Shown: positions 48,157 to 63,700 of the stretch, in pieces
Layout of the letters: each line of letters starts with the position of its first letter
Numbering within the stretch: the stretch's first letter is position 1
Source: Intoshia linei
Lineage: Eukaryota > Animalia > Orthonectida
Reading direction: 5' to 3'
Assembly (NCBI GenBank): GCA_001642005.1
Contig: LWCA01000055.1
Coordinates: 1-64,000, forward strand
Length of the DNA: 64,000 bases
Made by a program: the position numbers and the translations under genes
The notes under the pieces: generated by a model
Seen by the model: only the letters and a program-made list of their open reading frames with translations
What the model was told of the DNA's origin: nothing
Database searches by the model: none

Positions 48157-49586
48157 TCTTTACTTATATAATATGCTACGCAATATTTGTTTGTGTGTGT
48201 GTTACCGTTTATTTCAATAACTACCAGTCTTAGAATTTTATAAAGTCCACATCGTTTATTTCAATAACTACCAGTCTTAGAATTTTATAAAGTCCACATT
48301 TCAATTATAACTTTTTCTGGAAGTGCTAGCAACATAAATTTCAACCTCCCAAACTTACATCTTACGGGTCAAAAACACCAATTGTGCTTTTTTATGAAAA
48401 TCAAACCAGTTGGAGAATTATTAAAAAAATATATACTTTGATACGGATTTTAAAATTATAAATATTATCATAAATTTAAATTTAAAAAACATATATCTTC
48501 AGGGCCAAAACCAAATTACCTTTTTTTTTAATGAAAACAGACCTAGAATTTAAAAAAAATAAATGTGAATAAGTGACGCCTTCATAGTCAAAAAAGCATT
48601 TTAATTTTTATGTTTTTTTTTCCGAAATTTTTTTTTTAAAACAAAAAATGTGAAATAATTAACGATGCGAAAATTAAAAAAAAAGATTATTCTGATAGAG
48701 CTTATTCCAGTTGATATAAATACAAAATTTCAACCTAGAAATCTACGCATTCCCGGTGAAAAATAATTTTAAATATATTTATTTACTCTATCAACCAATA
48801 TTTTTTAAATATTTCGATTAAAATAAAAATATTGATCCTACAATTTCAAAAAAAATGTACATTAAACGTCTACACATTTCCAATAAAGAAATATAGATGA
48901 AAATCTATATAATTCATTCATTCGGATTTTTTTTCATTGCTACGCAATTTTTAAATTTCAAATTCTCATTTTCAAAACATTTGGTTGCAAATTATTCAAC
49001 TTAAACTGCAACAACGAAATTAAAAGTAATACGACTTTGTTAGTATCATTTTTATATTTATTACAATGCTTTGCAATATTGGTAAAATTCGCCTGAAATA
49101 TGATTATTAAGTGAAGATTCCATTAATTATTGATACATAATTGGTATTTTTTATTATTTGTTTAAATAGGTACTGAATATATATTGTAACATTGAAAATG
49201 ACAAAATAGGTTTTTATAATTTTATTTTTTCTGGAATTTATGACAATGTTTAGGATAGGACTGTTTTTACTTTATTTTTAATATTATACACACATTCCGT
49301 CTAATAAATTAAAAAAATGGGATAACAAGTGTTTCTAAAATTCTTTACGCAAATGTTAACAAAACAAAATTAAGATAGAATAATTCACTTTAAAGTAAAA
49401 AGTAATGTGATATGACGATTCCACCTGAAACAAGTTTGGGAACCACTCTTTTAAAGGATTGATAATAGTGAATAATAGGATTTTTAAGTTATATTTTTAA
49501 CGTGAATTTATTGTTTTGGTAGAATAAAAATGTGCCATCGGCAGAGCTAGTTGGTGTTTGTATTTAGTAAATAACAGTCAGCCTAG
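48157..49586 (+). mobile_element. Non-autonomous Helitron (longest copy, or two adjacent pieces)
   Basis: A|TC at 48157, TG microsatellite, 47-bp direct duplication at 48206-48300, CTAG|T at 49583-49587. Confidence 0.8.
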
Positions 49587-50345
49587 TTTTTATATATCAG
49601 TCGAATTGTATTATATATTTTAAATAAAAATATGGATAATATTTGATGAGACTAATAAAACATTCAATGTTATTTATTATTTTATTACTAGTAAAAAATT
49701 TTAATAATTCTAATAAATTATGAGTAATATTGACACAATGAAATTAATGGTGGATAATAAACTAACTTTTCATACTACAACTATAATAACTTGATAGTGT
49801 TGTATTTTAAATCTTTGCGGCAACTGCATCTTGTGGATCATAACTTTAATACATTTCATTTAAAAATTGGACACTTAAAACCAGTCTCAATTTCCTGTAT
49901 TTTATTTGTCATTGTATCCTTATAAACTACGGTATATTTACACTATTTTATTTAAATTCAATCATCTAAAATGTTTTGAATTTTAGATGGCATAAGCTTT
50001 TTAAGATGGCGATTTATGATATTAATTATTACTTTAAAAAATAAAAATATTAACAAAAAAAAAAAATAATTAAATTTGTTCTATAAAATTGTGGGACTTT
50101 TTTAATTTTTAAATAAAAGGGTTATTTGTGACTTTCGCCCTTAAGATACCTATTTTAAATTGATATTTATGTTATTAAATCTATTTTATTATTAAAATTT
50201 TTAGTAATATTGCCTAGTAATTTCGCTTTAATGGTCTGCCATAAATTTCATAAAATATTACATGTTCGCATGAAAAAAGTGTGGGAACCCTTGGCTTTAA
50301 CATATAACATAAAATTTATTATCTATTTTATTTATTTATTAGTAT

Positions 50346-51316
50346 TAGGATGTCGCTTAAAACCATAATAATCAGTCATGATTTTTGACAATTTTCGTTT
50401 TATGCTAGTCACACAAATAAGTCTATGTTAAATTTAATCAAAAATAAATTTTTCATTTCTTGTGCTATGCGTAACATGGTATTCGATCTGGAGCCTTCTA
50501 TAACCGCAAGGTATCTTCCAATAATGGATTTAATGTTTGGAACTCGTATTAGTTTTTCAAGGCTTTCCTCTAATCGAGGAAAATCAGAACATCTCTTAGC
50601 CTTTATCTGTATATTACCGGAACGCTCTTTCTGGCTTTTAGTTGTAGTATTAGAAACATTACACATTAAAATATCAGTAAAATCTATAATCACAAGGCGC
50701 AAAATATCATTATATCAAATTAAATGAATTGTTGATGTTGAATTAATAATAATGAAACAAGAATAATCGGTGTCTGATTGATGTCTAACTAACAGGATTT
50801 AGGTAAATAGGATTACAAAGTTTAATGTAATTAATATTAATCAGAATCAAAGTATTCATTTTCCGGTTTAATTATTAATAATCCACAAATATTTTATTTA
50901 TAATATTTTATAACCACATAATACCGTTAACAATATATAAGTTCAATTAATAATAAATTGAGATTTATGAAAACTGTTTCCGTCGAGTAGTCTGATGTTT
51001 TTTAAAATTATGATATAATTTTAAATTAAAATTTAACGGAATTTTTGTACTTGAGAAAAATTCACAGTCCGTTAATCATAAATTTTTTTCCGTTAACGAG
51101 GAATTCCGTTACCAAGGAATTATCCTGTATAATGAAAATAAACTAAATGACAACGTTACGAAAAATATATTATATATATTTTAGCAAACTATTTTGTCGA
51201 CGTGGGCCTGACTTTTTGGAAAATTATACTTTAAAAACATAACAATCATAAATATACTTACATTTCTCATCATGTATGACCCTGTATTTTTTGTTTTGTG
51301 AAAAAGTTAACACCTA
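50346..51316 (-). mobile_element. hATm-like deletion derivative
   Basis: Ends TAGGATGTC / AACACCTA; ORF 50409-50702 (VPNIKSIIGRYL..IAQEMKNLF) is a transposase N-terminus. Confidence 0.65.
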
Positions 51317-52814
51317 GTGTTCAATGAACACTGTTCATCTAACAATACAATTGTATTTTCATTGTTATGTAATTATAATTATTTAAGTTGTGCCGTTTTT
51401 ACCATAAATCTCCATTCAAAGAGGTGTCTAATTTTTGAACCATTATGATTGTATTTAGTTGGTAGATTGTTATAGTTTCACTGGAACAATTATTTATTGT
51501 ATTATTTAGAATCTAACGGTTTTAACAAAGTCTTATTGTAACTAATAGAAAAAAATCAACTAAAAAAGTTGAAAGTGCGCTTTGTGGCAACTTTGGTTTA
51601 AAACATTAAAAATTTTTAAATGTTGACGTGATTTTTTAATCCAACACCATTTTTATCAAAATTACAAATAATCAATTGAAATGTATTTATTTGAAAAATT
51701 AACTAAAATTACACGACAAGGAAATATTATTGAAACCTTCAAATATTTCAAGAATTGTGTTGAATTGTTCTCATTAATAGAAAAACACAAAAAATATAAA
51801 TTGGATGCAATTTTTACATCACAACGACAAATTATTAAACGTAATTTTTTTAAATATATTATTGTGGCCAAATTATGATATTAAATCTTAGTCTGATAAG
51901 AAATATTTTATATTGTTAATACATATAATATTAGATTAAAATAATTAATAGTCACGTTCAATTACTTCAATTTTAGTTTATTTGGAGTTTAATGTAAAGC
52001 CAAAATTACATATTTATGATTGCAAAAAATATTTTTGGCTTAAAATTGTTTCTAAATAAACTAAAATTTAAGTAATCGAACGTGACTATATCGAGATATC
52101 ACTCTACCTATATTTTTATATTTCAGAGAGCGATAGTTTATTAATAACTAGCTTCAGCCCCTCTTTGCGACTCTATGAAATTTTTGTAAAAATGGTGGCT
52201 CATTTTTCTATATTAAACTTTTTACTTTACTTTTAAATATCATACCAATTTTGTGTGTCAATTTTAAATTTCCAGACTCTGGACGCATGGAGATAGATGG
52301 TGGTTATATGGTACTGTACATCATTTGGATTTTTAGATATTTTTAGATAAAAGGTTAATATTTTTTTGACATTGTCTGATGAAAAATATGGGCATAATGT
52401 ATGAAAAATGCATTAAATATAATGCACTCAAATATGGGATATAATTGAAAATCTCAGACATAAACATTTTTAACGCAGACTATTTTAAATAATTTTAATG
52501 AAACCAATTGTACTTTACTATATGTTTATTTTACTAATTTTTGAACACTAATTATACAATGTACAATTTATACGATGAGATTTTGTCTTTTTTTTAATTT
52601 AATTTAGCTGAAATGTAAAAATCTAAATACAATGCATTGTAATGTATTTGTAGATTCTACATATTGTACTAGATAATTTCTGTAATTTCATGAAAGTATC
52701 CAACCAGTGTATCGGTATTATCGAAAAATTTTTCGATATAATCCTGCCTGTTTTTGTGTATCGATAATAAGTTTTTTTGATTTTTGATTTTTTAATTTAC
52801 ATGTACTATTTTAG

Positions 52815-54602
52815 AAAAAACAATAGAATTAATGGAACAATTGAAAAAATTAAATTTAAAATGCATCTTCAGACCCAATGAAAATATTGTATTCGATTTG
52901 TGCAAAATGTATGAATGTTTACAAATGTTGATTAAAATAGACCATAATGAAATATACTTAAACCTGATAAAATTAGTTGGATATTTATCTCAAATGCGAA
53001 AAGTAAATGTAGATGAATTATCCAAAATTATTATAACATTGATTGAAAAAGAAATTAATTTAATGGATAAATCTACTCAATTTACCCTTTCTGACAGAAA
53101 ATTGGCTTGTTCCGAAATAATAGACATGTTGATAGTTTTAACAAGTGATAATATTCATAAATTTGCAAAATTATTTACCAATAACAGTCTACTGGATTAC
53201 ATTGAAAAATATATTTTTAACCCTGATACAGGATTATTTTTGTTTTACGATCTTGATCCCGTCATGAGATTGTTGGGCGCAGAACCGTCATATTTGAAAA
53301 GATACGATCTTGTGATTAATCTGAATATTGTAAAAAGTTTATGCTGCGATTATTCGAGTTGGATAAAAGTGTTTAACACTTGTGAAACTATTGAGTTTCC
53401 TGTGGAAACTATTCGAAATTATCCTTTAGGTGAAATAATACTAAGAGATTTTCACAATCAGTATCATAATCAGTATGAATCCCAAAAGAAGACTGTAGCT
53501 ATAATTACAAACGTAATCTCGAATAGTTTAGTTTGGATACAAAAAGACTTGAATTATAAAAATGTGATGGCTTGTAGCAGTGAAATACTTTTACAGTACA
53601 CTCACAACGATAATTGTTATGATTGTATTAATGAATTAACTATCGGGAAAATTGTGATTGTGAATCGGAATGTTTTTGCATTTTTGGGATTTGTTGTCCA
53701 TATTGTAAATCGAAATGAAATATACATAATAAACATAATGACTGGCATGCAATCTATTTTTAACAATAATCATCTTTTCAAGATTAATCGACATCAAATT
53801 AATGAGTTGATGATTAGTAGTGCAGAAATTTGTAAATTAAAAAGTTGCGTTTTTTTTTACTTTTTTTAAATTTTATTTAGATGTAAAAATTGACCTTGAA
53901 AAATTTAATTTCCAGCGACTATTCAAAATGGTTTCACAAATGTATCCAATTTATAAAAGTTATTATTTTTTGAATTCTTACATTCATACAGGGTATTACT
54001 TTGTTGGTATTTTCATTGGAATGATCCATTTATAGGGATTTTGTGGAATTTGAAATAATTTAATCAAAGTGACTACCTTAATTGAAAATTTATATAAATT
54101 TTATATTTATATTCATTTTAGATGTTGTAACACCTGAAGTGTATAAAGTAATGTTAAACCCAAAAATTGTGGAACCTTTTGTATATAATCAATCCTGTGA
54201 ATTTTGGCAATTTATAATTAGTGATCTCGAATACAGAAAGGATCATAATTTATATAAATTTGACATTGAATGGAGAATAATTCGATTATATCTGAGTAAT
54301 GCATGTGCGTTTTGTAAATTCATTTTAATTTTAATTTTAGATAAAATGTTGAAAGAAATTTTGAATAATGGATATGTAATATATGAAAATTACAATATTT
54401 TACGCAATGTTATCAATCGGGTAGACTTGTCGGATAATTTTGTATATGCATTTTATAAAAAATACTTTTATTTCAATCACTTTGAAAAAATTTTACCATT
54501 TTTTGGTGATGATTTTAAATTTCTATCACAGTTTAGCCAATTTATTAAACAGGATAGCTTTAATTCACATCAATATGTTCCTCTTGAAAATAAACCCTTT
54601 AG
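52815..54602 (+). pseudogene. Helical-repeat plus degenerate extended-Tudor protein, probably decaying; may extend 5' to ATG 47107
   Basis: 345-aa open exon ending TVAIITNVISNSLVWIQ...LTIGKIVIV..GFVVHI..IYIINIMTG..LFKI..AEICKL (extended-Tudor layout). Following exons splice in phase but contain TAA at ~54056; upstream exon-like pieces (52276, 52654, 47990) carry stops. Confidence 0.5.
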
Positions 54603-55544
54603 ATTGTTTAAATTTTAATCTGTCATTTATTCAATTTGTTGTATATATATGTTATTAAACGTATTAATGTTTTTTTAATAGTCAGTGTTTGTTAAATATT
54701 ATCAAATTATCTTGTACTAGCTTGAATATTTAAACTATTTACCGGGTGTAACCGTATTACTATTTTTGGTATAATTAGAAATCTTTATTTTGTGAATCTG
54801 CATTATTCAGTTTTTTACATTACAAGTAGTATTTGTAATTTATATTATTTTACGAGGATATGATTGAAATGCGAGCCCGTTACGGTGAAATTTTAGGACT
54901 GGTCAGTTTTAATGTCTTAGAAGAAAAATTTCAGATTTTTCCATTTTAATCGTTTATAATTATTTAATTAATTTTTGGTAGATTTCTCTTTACATGTATA
55001 AAGTAATTTATAGCTAAAAATTAATGAATGTGAATGTTTATTTTAGAAAGTAAGAAAATTAAAGTTATTTAAATATCAATTTCCGATGCAGTCTTTCAAA
55101 AGTAAGGTTTTATCCCAAATTTTATTTTCAGAAATTGATTTCATCAGGGTTAAATACCCAAATGACCTTTTTTTTTTGAATAAAATTAATTTTAAGAAAT
55201 TATATAATATACTGCCTTAATCATATTTTCTAATGCAGATTCTAAAACCATGAGCATTATCATAAATTTTATTTTTAAATACTTATATCTTGACGGTCAA
55301 ACCACAAATTACCCAGTATTTTGAATAATGGGGAAAAAATTTTGCCCTATAATTTTGAAAAACACCGCATCTAATACAGCTTTTTCCAATAAACATACTC
55401 TAAAAATGTCAATATCACAAATTTAAGCGTTCACCTTCAAAAAAAATAATTTAATATTTACTCGTTTTTAACTTTAAACCAGTGGTTCTCAACAAGTGGA
55501 GGGGATAATTCAGAAATTAAAAGTGTGTAATTCATACCATATAC

Positions 55545-56320
55545 TAGTGATTGTTATTTCCCGGGTCCCGGGAATTTCCTGGGAAAAATAAAAAAATTTT
55601 ATTCATACATAATATAGAAGCATTAAAAATTTTAGAGACTTTAATTAATTTTAGAAATAAAAAGAAATTTAATTAATGAAATAACACGAATCTAGATTGT
55701 AAATTTACAAATTTAATTAGAAAAAAATTTATTTATTTTAGATTGTTGAAAAAGTGTTTCAAAACACATATAATATTGATAGATTCGTCTTTTAAACGCT
55801 TCAACGTTTTGTAACGAAATTAGATCAGTAGAGAAATTTCTTTCATTTTGTGTTGACGTAGGTTGAACGGTCATAAGTCTTTTAATTTTAATAATCTTGA
55901 TAATAGCGTTCCAGTTAGTAACAACTCATAATGTTTTTCAAAATAATATTGGAAAAAGAGGATAATTCCCTTAAGCGTTAGTAACTTGTGGTTGGAATAC
56001 GATTTTTTATTTGTGGTTTTATGAAGTGGATTTTTTTCATAAGATTTCGTAAAATCGGATTTTTGAAAAGAATATCGGAGTAAGTCAATTTTTCCATGAG
56101 GGCTTGAAATGGTATTTTTGATTAAATTTTAGTAGTTGTGGGATTTTTGAAATGTTAAATTTTAAATATTATAATATGATCATATTTTTATAGTAATAAC
56201 AAACATAAATCAAATACAGGTATGTCTCAATTTTTTTCAAAAAATTTCCCGGGAAATTTAATTCTTGGAAATTATTAAATATCCCGGGATAAAAAATATT
56301 AAATTTTCACTTAGAGAAAA
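55545..56320 (-). mobile_element. hAT remnant
   Basis: Subterminal CCCGGGAA repeats at both ends; VQPTSTQNERNFS..RLKDESINIICVLKHFF (hATC domain). Confidence 0.7.
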
Positions 56321-56384
56321 TATATGAGAACTCTATTACCAAATAGTATTTAGAAATTAGAAATTTATGGTAGAATGGGGTGTT

Positions 56385-57455
56385 CAGGGCCAACCCAAGA
56401 GGCTAGTTAATGGAGTGCGAACGAAGAAAGCAATATATTTAACTTTGCCTAAGACGAAAAAAATTTTAGGGGCGTCTCTTGTAATTTCATTTAAAGGTTG
56501 TTATACATAGTTTCCGAATTTGTATTTTTTCGCAAAAATAAAAAAAAATGATTAGATCAAAAAAAGAGAAATTAATTTTGTTTATTAAATAATCCTAAAT
56601 CAATTAGGTCCAGTCTTTTTGGATGAAGTATTGCGAATTCATTAATAAAACTTTCAATATCAAAATTATAGTCATAGTGGCAATTCATGAGGGCCAGTCC
56701 ACATAGACGATTACCAGTCATTGTTGATCTTGAAAAGGTTTTTAATATTTTCAAAATACTAATGGAGCGTTCACATTCACATGTGGTGATTGGCAATGTT
56801 GCTAAAACAATTAAAAGTTGTTAAGTATTTGGGAACAAATTAGAATTGCAGCTTTCGATTAATTGTATGATAGTGGTCTTTGAATCAAGTTCTTTTTTTT
56901 CCATCTAGTATATTCTGCTTTGAGAACCTAATCTAATGATATGCATGGTACAAATAATTCATATTTTTCTGTAAATTCTTTCAAATCTTCAAAATGACTT
57001 GTTTTGAAATAAGTGGGATATAGGTAAAATCCTTTCAAAAAAACTGATAAATCGTAAGCTGAGTTCAGCTAAAATAGAATCGAGAAAAGGAATTGCAATG
57101 TTTATTTTAAAAAAACTCTCAATGTCAGATCCCTCTATATTTGATATGTTAGCTTGTTTCTTTGTACAGCGTGGTTTTTTTCTTCAATATTTAAAGAGAA
57201 GGAAAACTCTTTTAAAGCTTCATACCACTCATGAAAATGATCATCAATTTTTTTCCCGTATTTTTTTTAATTTCCTTTTTTTATTGTTAGTCTCTTTGTA
57301 TGCACTTGCAATATCTAAATCTTTTTCTTGAAGGAGCGTTGTCAAGCCATATAAATTTGAAACATTTTTAGTTATTTTATAAAACATTAATTAAAAATTT
57401 TTTTGAAAAAATTTAGGGGTGCAACTGCACCTTCTGCACCCCTGAATCCGCCCTG
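56385..57455 (-). mobile_element. hAT (Tip100/P52rIPK-like) deletion derivative
   Basis: TIR CAGGGC / GCCCTG; LPITTCECERSISILKILKTFSRSTMTGNRLCGLALMNCH is the hATC dimerisation motif. Confidence 0.85.
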
Positions 57456-57758
57456 GTGTAGTACGTTTAATGATTCAATTTATCCCCAGTTCTTAATCAT
57501 TATTAGTAAGTATAGTTATAAATCTTACGATAAAATACATCATGTATCATAAAAATTGTAGATAAAGAAATCTGTGTCCCCGATTTTTTCCATTCATGTA
57601 ATATATTGATAAGGAATATGTAATTAACCAGTTAAATTAATTTGAACGGAAACTATTGAAATAAACTGGTTTGACAATAAATTGCCTTTAATATTTTTTA
57701 AACGATATTTTTTATCATTTACAATTATTAATTATAAAATTTTAATACATTACAAAAA

Positions 57759-60700
57759 ATGCCGTCTCCGACTAAAGATGATGCAATTAATAAAGACTAT
57801 CAGGATAATAGCGACGATAAAACAGGTAAATAATGATAAATATGATTTATTAATAATTTTCAAAATAAGGATTAAAGGATAAAGTAAATGAAATGAAACA
57901 AAAAGTAGATGAGATGAAAGAAAAGGTTAATGAAATAAAGGAACAAATTAGCAATTTTTATTTGCAAGAATCATTTCATAGTGACGATGATTTCATACAC
58001 ATCAACCGAATTACTCCTGACTTTAACGTAAACAAGAATAATGAAGGTTTGACAACAAGTAATGAAAAAGTTGAAAAATCTGAAAAAGATAAAAGTTGCA
58101 TGGATAATACAAATAAAATGTTAAATTTACGAGACGTGGGTCCGATTGACAATAATTTTGTATTTATTGACCATATTCTTAACAACAATCCGAAAGACAT
58201 GCAAAACAATGTTAAAATTAGATATGATGAACAAATCAAAATGGATGAAGTTAGAAAAGATGATGGTATTCGAAAATATGAAATAAAGCTATTAAATTCA
58301 GAAAAAACTGATTCAATGGAAAATTGTACGGTTAAAAAAATTGGTGGGAAAAAATCTAAAAAGAAGAAAAGTAAGTTTTTTCTGTTTTATACATTTCCTA
58401 GGACCTAGTTGACTGCTATGTACTTGGTACAAACAGCACCTAGATCTGAAAAGGGTGGACTTTTTTATTCTACAAAAAATAAATTAAATAATAAAATCTT
58501 ACTTAAAAATAATACATTCTCTATTATCAACCCTGAAATTTCATAAATTAACATTGACCGTAAAGATATAAGATTTTGAAATAGACATTTTGAATAATAA
58601 AATTGCACATTTTTTAGAATTCTAGGACTCATTTCAATTTTTAAAAAAATGATAATTGGGATTTTTAACCTTGAATCATTAATTTCTATAAATCAAATTT
58701 ATGATAAAATAGGACCCTCGAAAAACGATATTCGAAAATGGTAGTCTTAAAACTCCACACATATTACTTTCTGAAATAAATAGTAACAAAAAAATCACAG
58801 ACATACGTTAGTGAGTATATTTTTAACTAAATTACTTTATGTAAGTTAAGATATTACGTTTTAATAATAATTTTAAATAGAAACTGCAAAACCAAATCTT
58901 CAACTAATGTATATTGACAAAAACGGACAATATGTTACACTCGATCCGAAAACAACTGGAAAAAAAATTAGAGATCAAATGACATTAGATTTAGAAAAGT
59001 CAAAACTGGAAAATGAAAGAATTGAAAATGAAAAAATTGAAAAAATTCGAATTGAAAAGGAAAAAAAGGAAAAGGAAATTGAAAGAATTAAAACGGAAAA
59101 AATTGAAATGGAAAAATGGAGAATTGAACAAGAAAAAATTAAAATGGAAAAAATTGAAAAGAAAAGGATTAAAAATGAAAAACTTAAAAAAGAAAAAATT
59201 GAAAAGTATGAAAAATCTGAAAAATTAAAATTTGAAAATGAAACTGCAATGTTGGAAACTGAAAAAAAGATTGAAAATGACAAAGTAAATAAAATGGAAA
59301 ATAAAGAAAAAGTCGATAAAGGAAATGAACATATTTATGTGATTGAATCTAATATTGAAACTGAAAACATTGAAAGTAACCAATTAACAGAGATGCTAGT
59401 TGAAGAAGCTGTAAAAAAACTAAATTTTTTTGATTTGATGCAAATGATTAATAAAATTAGTTATTCTGATAAATTAAAATTTCTAAAGTCAATTGAGAAA
59501 AGTAACAAGATTTTGAATCAAGAAAACATCATAAATGTTGATAAAAAAAGTAAAGGTGAAACAAAAATTGTTGAAAAAGTTGTAAGATTTGAGGAAAGTA
59601 TTATAGAAAAATTTGAAAAAAAGTTCCAAGATTCTATAGCTGATCCCATCAATAAATCTTTACTATATTCTGTGCATAGTGCAGTTGAAGCATCAAATAG
59701 GTTACATAAAAAAAAGAGTATTGATAACAGTAAAGATGAAGAACATAGATCAGAGTACATTTTTATTATGAAATATTTTTATATATTTTTTACTCAATTT
59801 AGTATGATTTTGATATATTAATGTCAATTTTAGGGTTTTTCACGTTTTTTCTTAATTCGGAAACAGTAGGCTTTTATGTTACAAAAATTTTTCGGATTCA
59901 AAAAAATCCCTTTGAGGAGAGCCTCAATGTATTTTACGGTAGATTCGGATCTGTGTATCGAGCACAGCCTTCCGGTTGTAAAAATATATATAGTCTACAT
60001 CAGTGGTTTCCGATTGGGGTCTATGGAGCCCTTGGGTCAAAAACTATATGCCTAGGGATAAGTGAGATTCAAATAAAGTATAAAAAATAAATTATTAATT
60101 TTGTTTATTTTTAATATTTGTTGTAATACTGTTGTTTTATGTTGTCTTAATACAGATGTTGCGAATTTACCACAATGTTTAGACGGCAGCTATATTATTA
60201 TTTAAATAATACCATTTCAAATTCTCTGGAAAAAATCGACTTTTACTGATATTTTTTTGAAAAATTCGATTTTACAACATCTCGCCAAAAAAATTCAAAA
60301 ATACATGAAATCCCAAAATTAAAATTAGTCTTTTCCAAAATTTTTTTTAAAATACAATTTTACCAAATCTCATGAGAAAAACCGTTAAATGTTTCATAAA
60401 TTTTATATTTCACTAGCTTGACTGTTATGTACTACGTACAAACAGAATCTAGCTCTGATGAGGGCACATTTTTATTATACTAAAAAAATTGGTAAATTCG
60501 GTATTGGAAATCTGTGGACTAGGATCAATATTTACATTTTTAATTTTTATTTTAATCGAAATATTTAAAAAATATTGGTTGATAATATATTAAAAATTAT
60601 TTTTCATCGGGAATGCGTAGATTCCTCGGGTTGAAATTTTGTATGTATATCAACTGGAATAAGCTCTATTAGAATAATTTTTTTTTTTAATTTTCGGAGC

Positions 60701-63700
60701 GTTAATTATTTCACATTTTTTGTTTTAATAAAATATTTTCGAAAAAAATATACAAAAATTAAAATGTTTTTTTGACCGTGAAGGCGTCACTTATTCAGAT
60801 TGAAATTTTTTATGTGTGTTAACAGGATACAACTGTACCACCTGTAAATTTTTTTAAATTCTCCAACTCGTTTAATTTTCAAAAAGAGGGACAACAGCGG
60901 TTTTTGACCTTTAAGATGTGAAATTGGGAGATTGAAATTTATCTTATTATACGTTCCGGAAAAAACTGTAATTGAAATGTGGTCTTTAAAAAATTTTAAA
61001 AATGCTATTTATTTCAAAAAAGTAACACACACAGACAGACACACAAACAAAAATCGCGTTGCATTTTATATAAGTTAGGATGTTTTCTTTGAGGTACAAA
61101 AAAATAATTATTTGAAATGGGGATTAGTACACTATTTGAATCAGGATTCCCGAAACTACTGGTCTAGATTGATTTATTGACAAAACTCGAAATTTTTCTA
61201 TTTGGATTAGATGTGATGAGGATTAGAATGATTTTTAATATTTTAACTGAATAATGAATAATTTTAGAAATGAAATGGAAAATAAGACAGTTAATAACGA
61301 CGAAAAAAATAAAAATAAAATTAAGAAAAATGGCAATAATTCAAAAATGCAAAAAAACAAAAATGAGATTTTATTTGAAAATTCTTATGACTTACACGAT
61401 AACTCGTGGAAACAGAAAAATAAACATAAATCAACCAAATATACAAAAAATTCCCCCAAAAAAACATTTAAAAATCAGAATATCCCTAAATCAACAGATT
61501 CATACCTGCAATCTTATAAAACTGTACAAAATAAAAATAAAATTGTTACAAAAGGAGTGAAAGATGCCTCCAATGAATCAAAAAATGAAAAAATTGAACA
61601 TAAAATGAAGGACGATCATATTAGAGTAGATCAAAATATTGTTAAAACACAAAAACATTCTAAACACACTGAAGATCAAATAAGAACCGTTTTAAGAAAA
61701 CAACCTGTAGACGTTTGTTTAAAATGTGTTGCAGCACTAACCGTCACAAATAAACTAGATTTTTCTGTAGTTTCGAGTTGTGCAAATTGTACCATAAAAT
61801 TGTACGAAGATAGTGGTTATTACATTACACTACGTGATTATCGCAACATTTTGAGAAATGTTGAAAGAAATGCTACTCGTCTGTTTAATGAAGAATGTGG
61901 CAATGAGGAACAAATTGAAGATGTAAATAAACCTATTCAAGAGCATGATTGTAACCATAAACAAAAAAGGGATGACTCAGATAATGATCAAAGTGGGGCA
62001 GGAGGTGGAAACTATCCAAACCGACAATCTCACAAGAGAGGTAAAAATTATTCCGGAGGTACAAATGGTCGAAATATTCAATCTGATAAAAAAAAACAAA
62101 ATGGAGGTGGAAACACGAAAAGTAAAAAATATGGTAAAACGAGACATGGAAGCGGAGGTGCAAAATGTAAAAATCTTGAAAGTCTCAAAATTACTAGAAA
62201 TAAAAGTGAAGGTGGACATGTTGGAAATATTAAATCTGAACTAAACCAACATGGAGGTGGAGGTGTATTTAATGAAATTTTTCAACTTGTCAAGTTAATT
62301 GGAAATAAGAATGGAGGTAAAAATATTCAAAATACCAAGTCTGTCAAAGCAAACCAAAGTGGAGGTGTAAATAATGAAAATTCTCAATTTTGCAGGGTAA
62401 TTAGAAATAAAGCTAGAGGTGCAAATATCCGAAATATTAAATTTAAAATAAAACAAAGTGGTGGTGAAGATCATGGTGTAAATAATATAAACCATAAATT
62501 TGAAAACGTAATTCCAATTAAGAGTGGAGGTGCTAATGTTGGAAATATTAAATTTGATAAAGGAAAAAAAATTAGAATTGAATGTGTAAATACAAAAAGT
62601 AACAATTATTTTTATGAAAGAAAAAATGACGGTAATGTAAATCATCTTGATCAACTTGCCCAAGTTAATGGAAGTGCAAATTTTGGAAATATTAAAGATA
62701 ATAACAAAATTATAACCGGAGGTGTAAATGTAAAAGTTAAAACTGGTGAGACTGCAAAAAAAAATAAACTTTATTATGGAAATCGAAAATATCTACATAT
62801 TGATGACTATAAAGACCGAAAGAACAAAAATGGTCAAAATACTATTGGAGGAGATGAGTTGAGAAATTATCGATTATCTCAAATGAAAAAATATAAAATT
62901 GATAATTCAAATTACGGAAAAATTCCATATAAAAAAAATAAACTGGACAAACGAGTAGATCATCCATATTATATTCTCGACTCAAAATATAATAAGATGG
63001 ATGTAATTACTAATGGTCATACAAATAACGAAATTGGTAATTTTGACGTACGACTTGAAAATATGGACAGACATGTAAACGTAGAGAATATTGAATCTAA
63101 TAAACGACTAAAAAAATGGATTGAAGTTGTGAAAAAGGTTAGTGCTAAATTGGATGAAATATGTCCAAAGGGATATATTTCATCTCGAAATTTTAACAAT
63201 GATGTAGAATTTGAAAAATCGAATGTATGTGCAAATCAAAAAGCACCTCAAACTCTAATTCCACCTCTACCAGCCAACAAGAAACATATTAGTGATAATG
63301 ACGTTGCTGAAAAGGAAAAAAATGTATCAAATTGCAGAAAATTGGTCGTGTACGAAGACGTTGAAAAAAATGCATGGTACCAACCAGAAACCTTTAATCA
63401 ACATTTCAATTATAATTATCCAAACAACAAAAAAAAAATTGAAAAATATCCATTTTCAAGTATCAATGAATCGAAACTAGCAGATACGCTGAATCGTAAA
63501 CTACGTCAAGAAAATGTGGTTATAAAAAGACGTATTCGAAAAAACAACCTACTATTGCAAATCAATAATGAACAAAATATGAAGGGACCATATAAAAAAT
63601 TAATAAATGAATATAAATCGAAACATGTTGAAAAAAAAATGTTGTCAAAAAACCCTCCACTTTACACTACCAAAAGTAATATAAAAGGTAAAACTGAATT

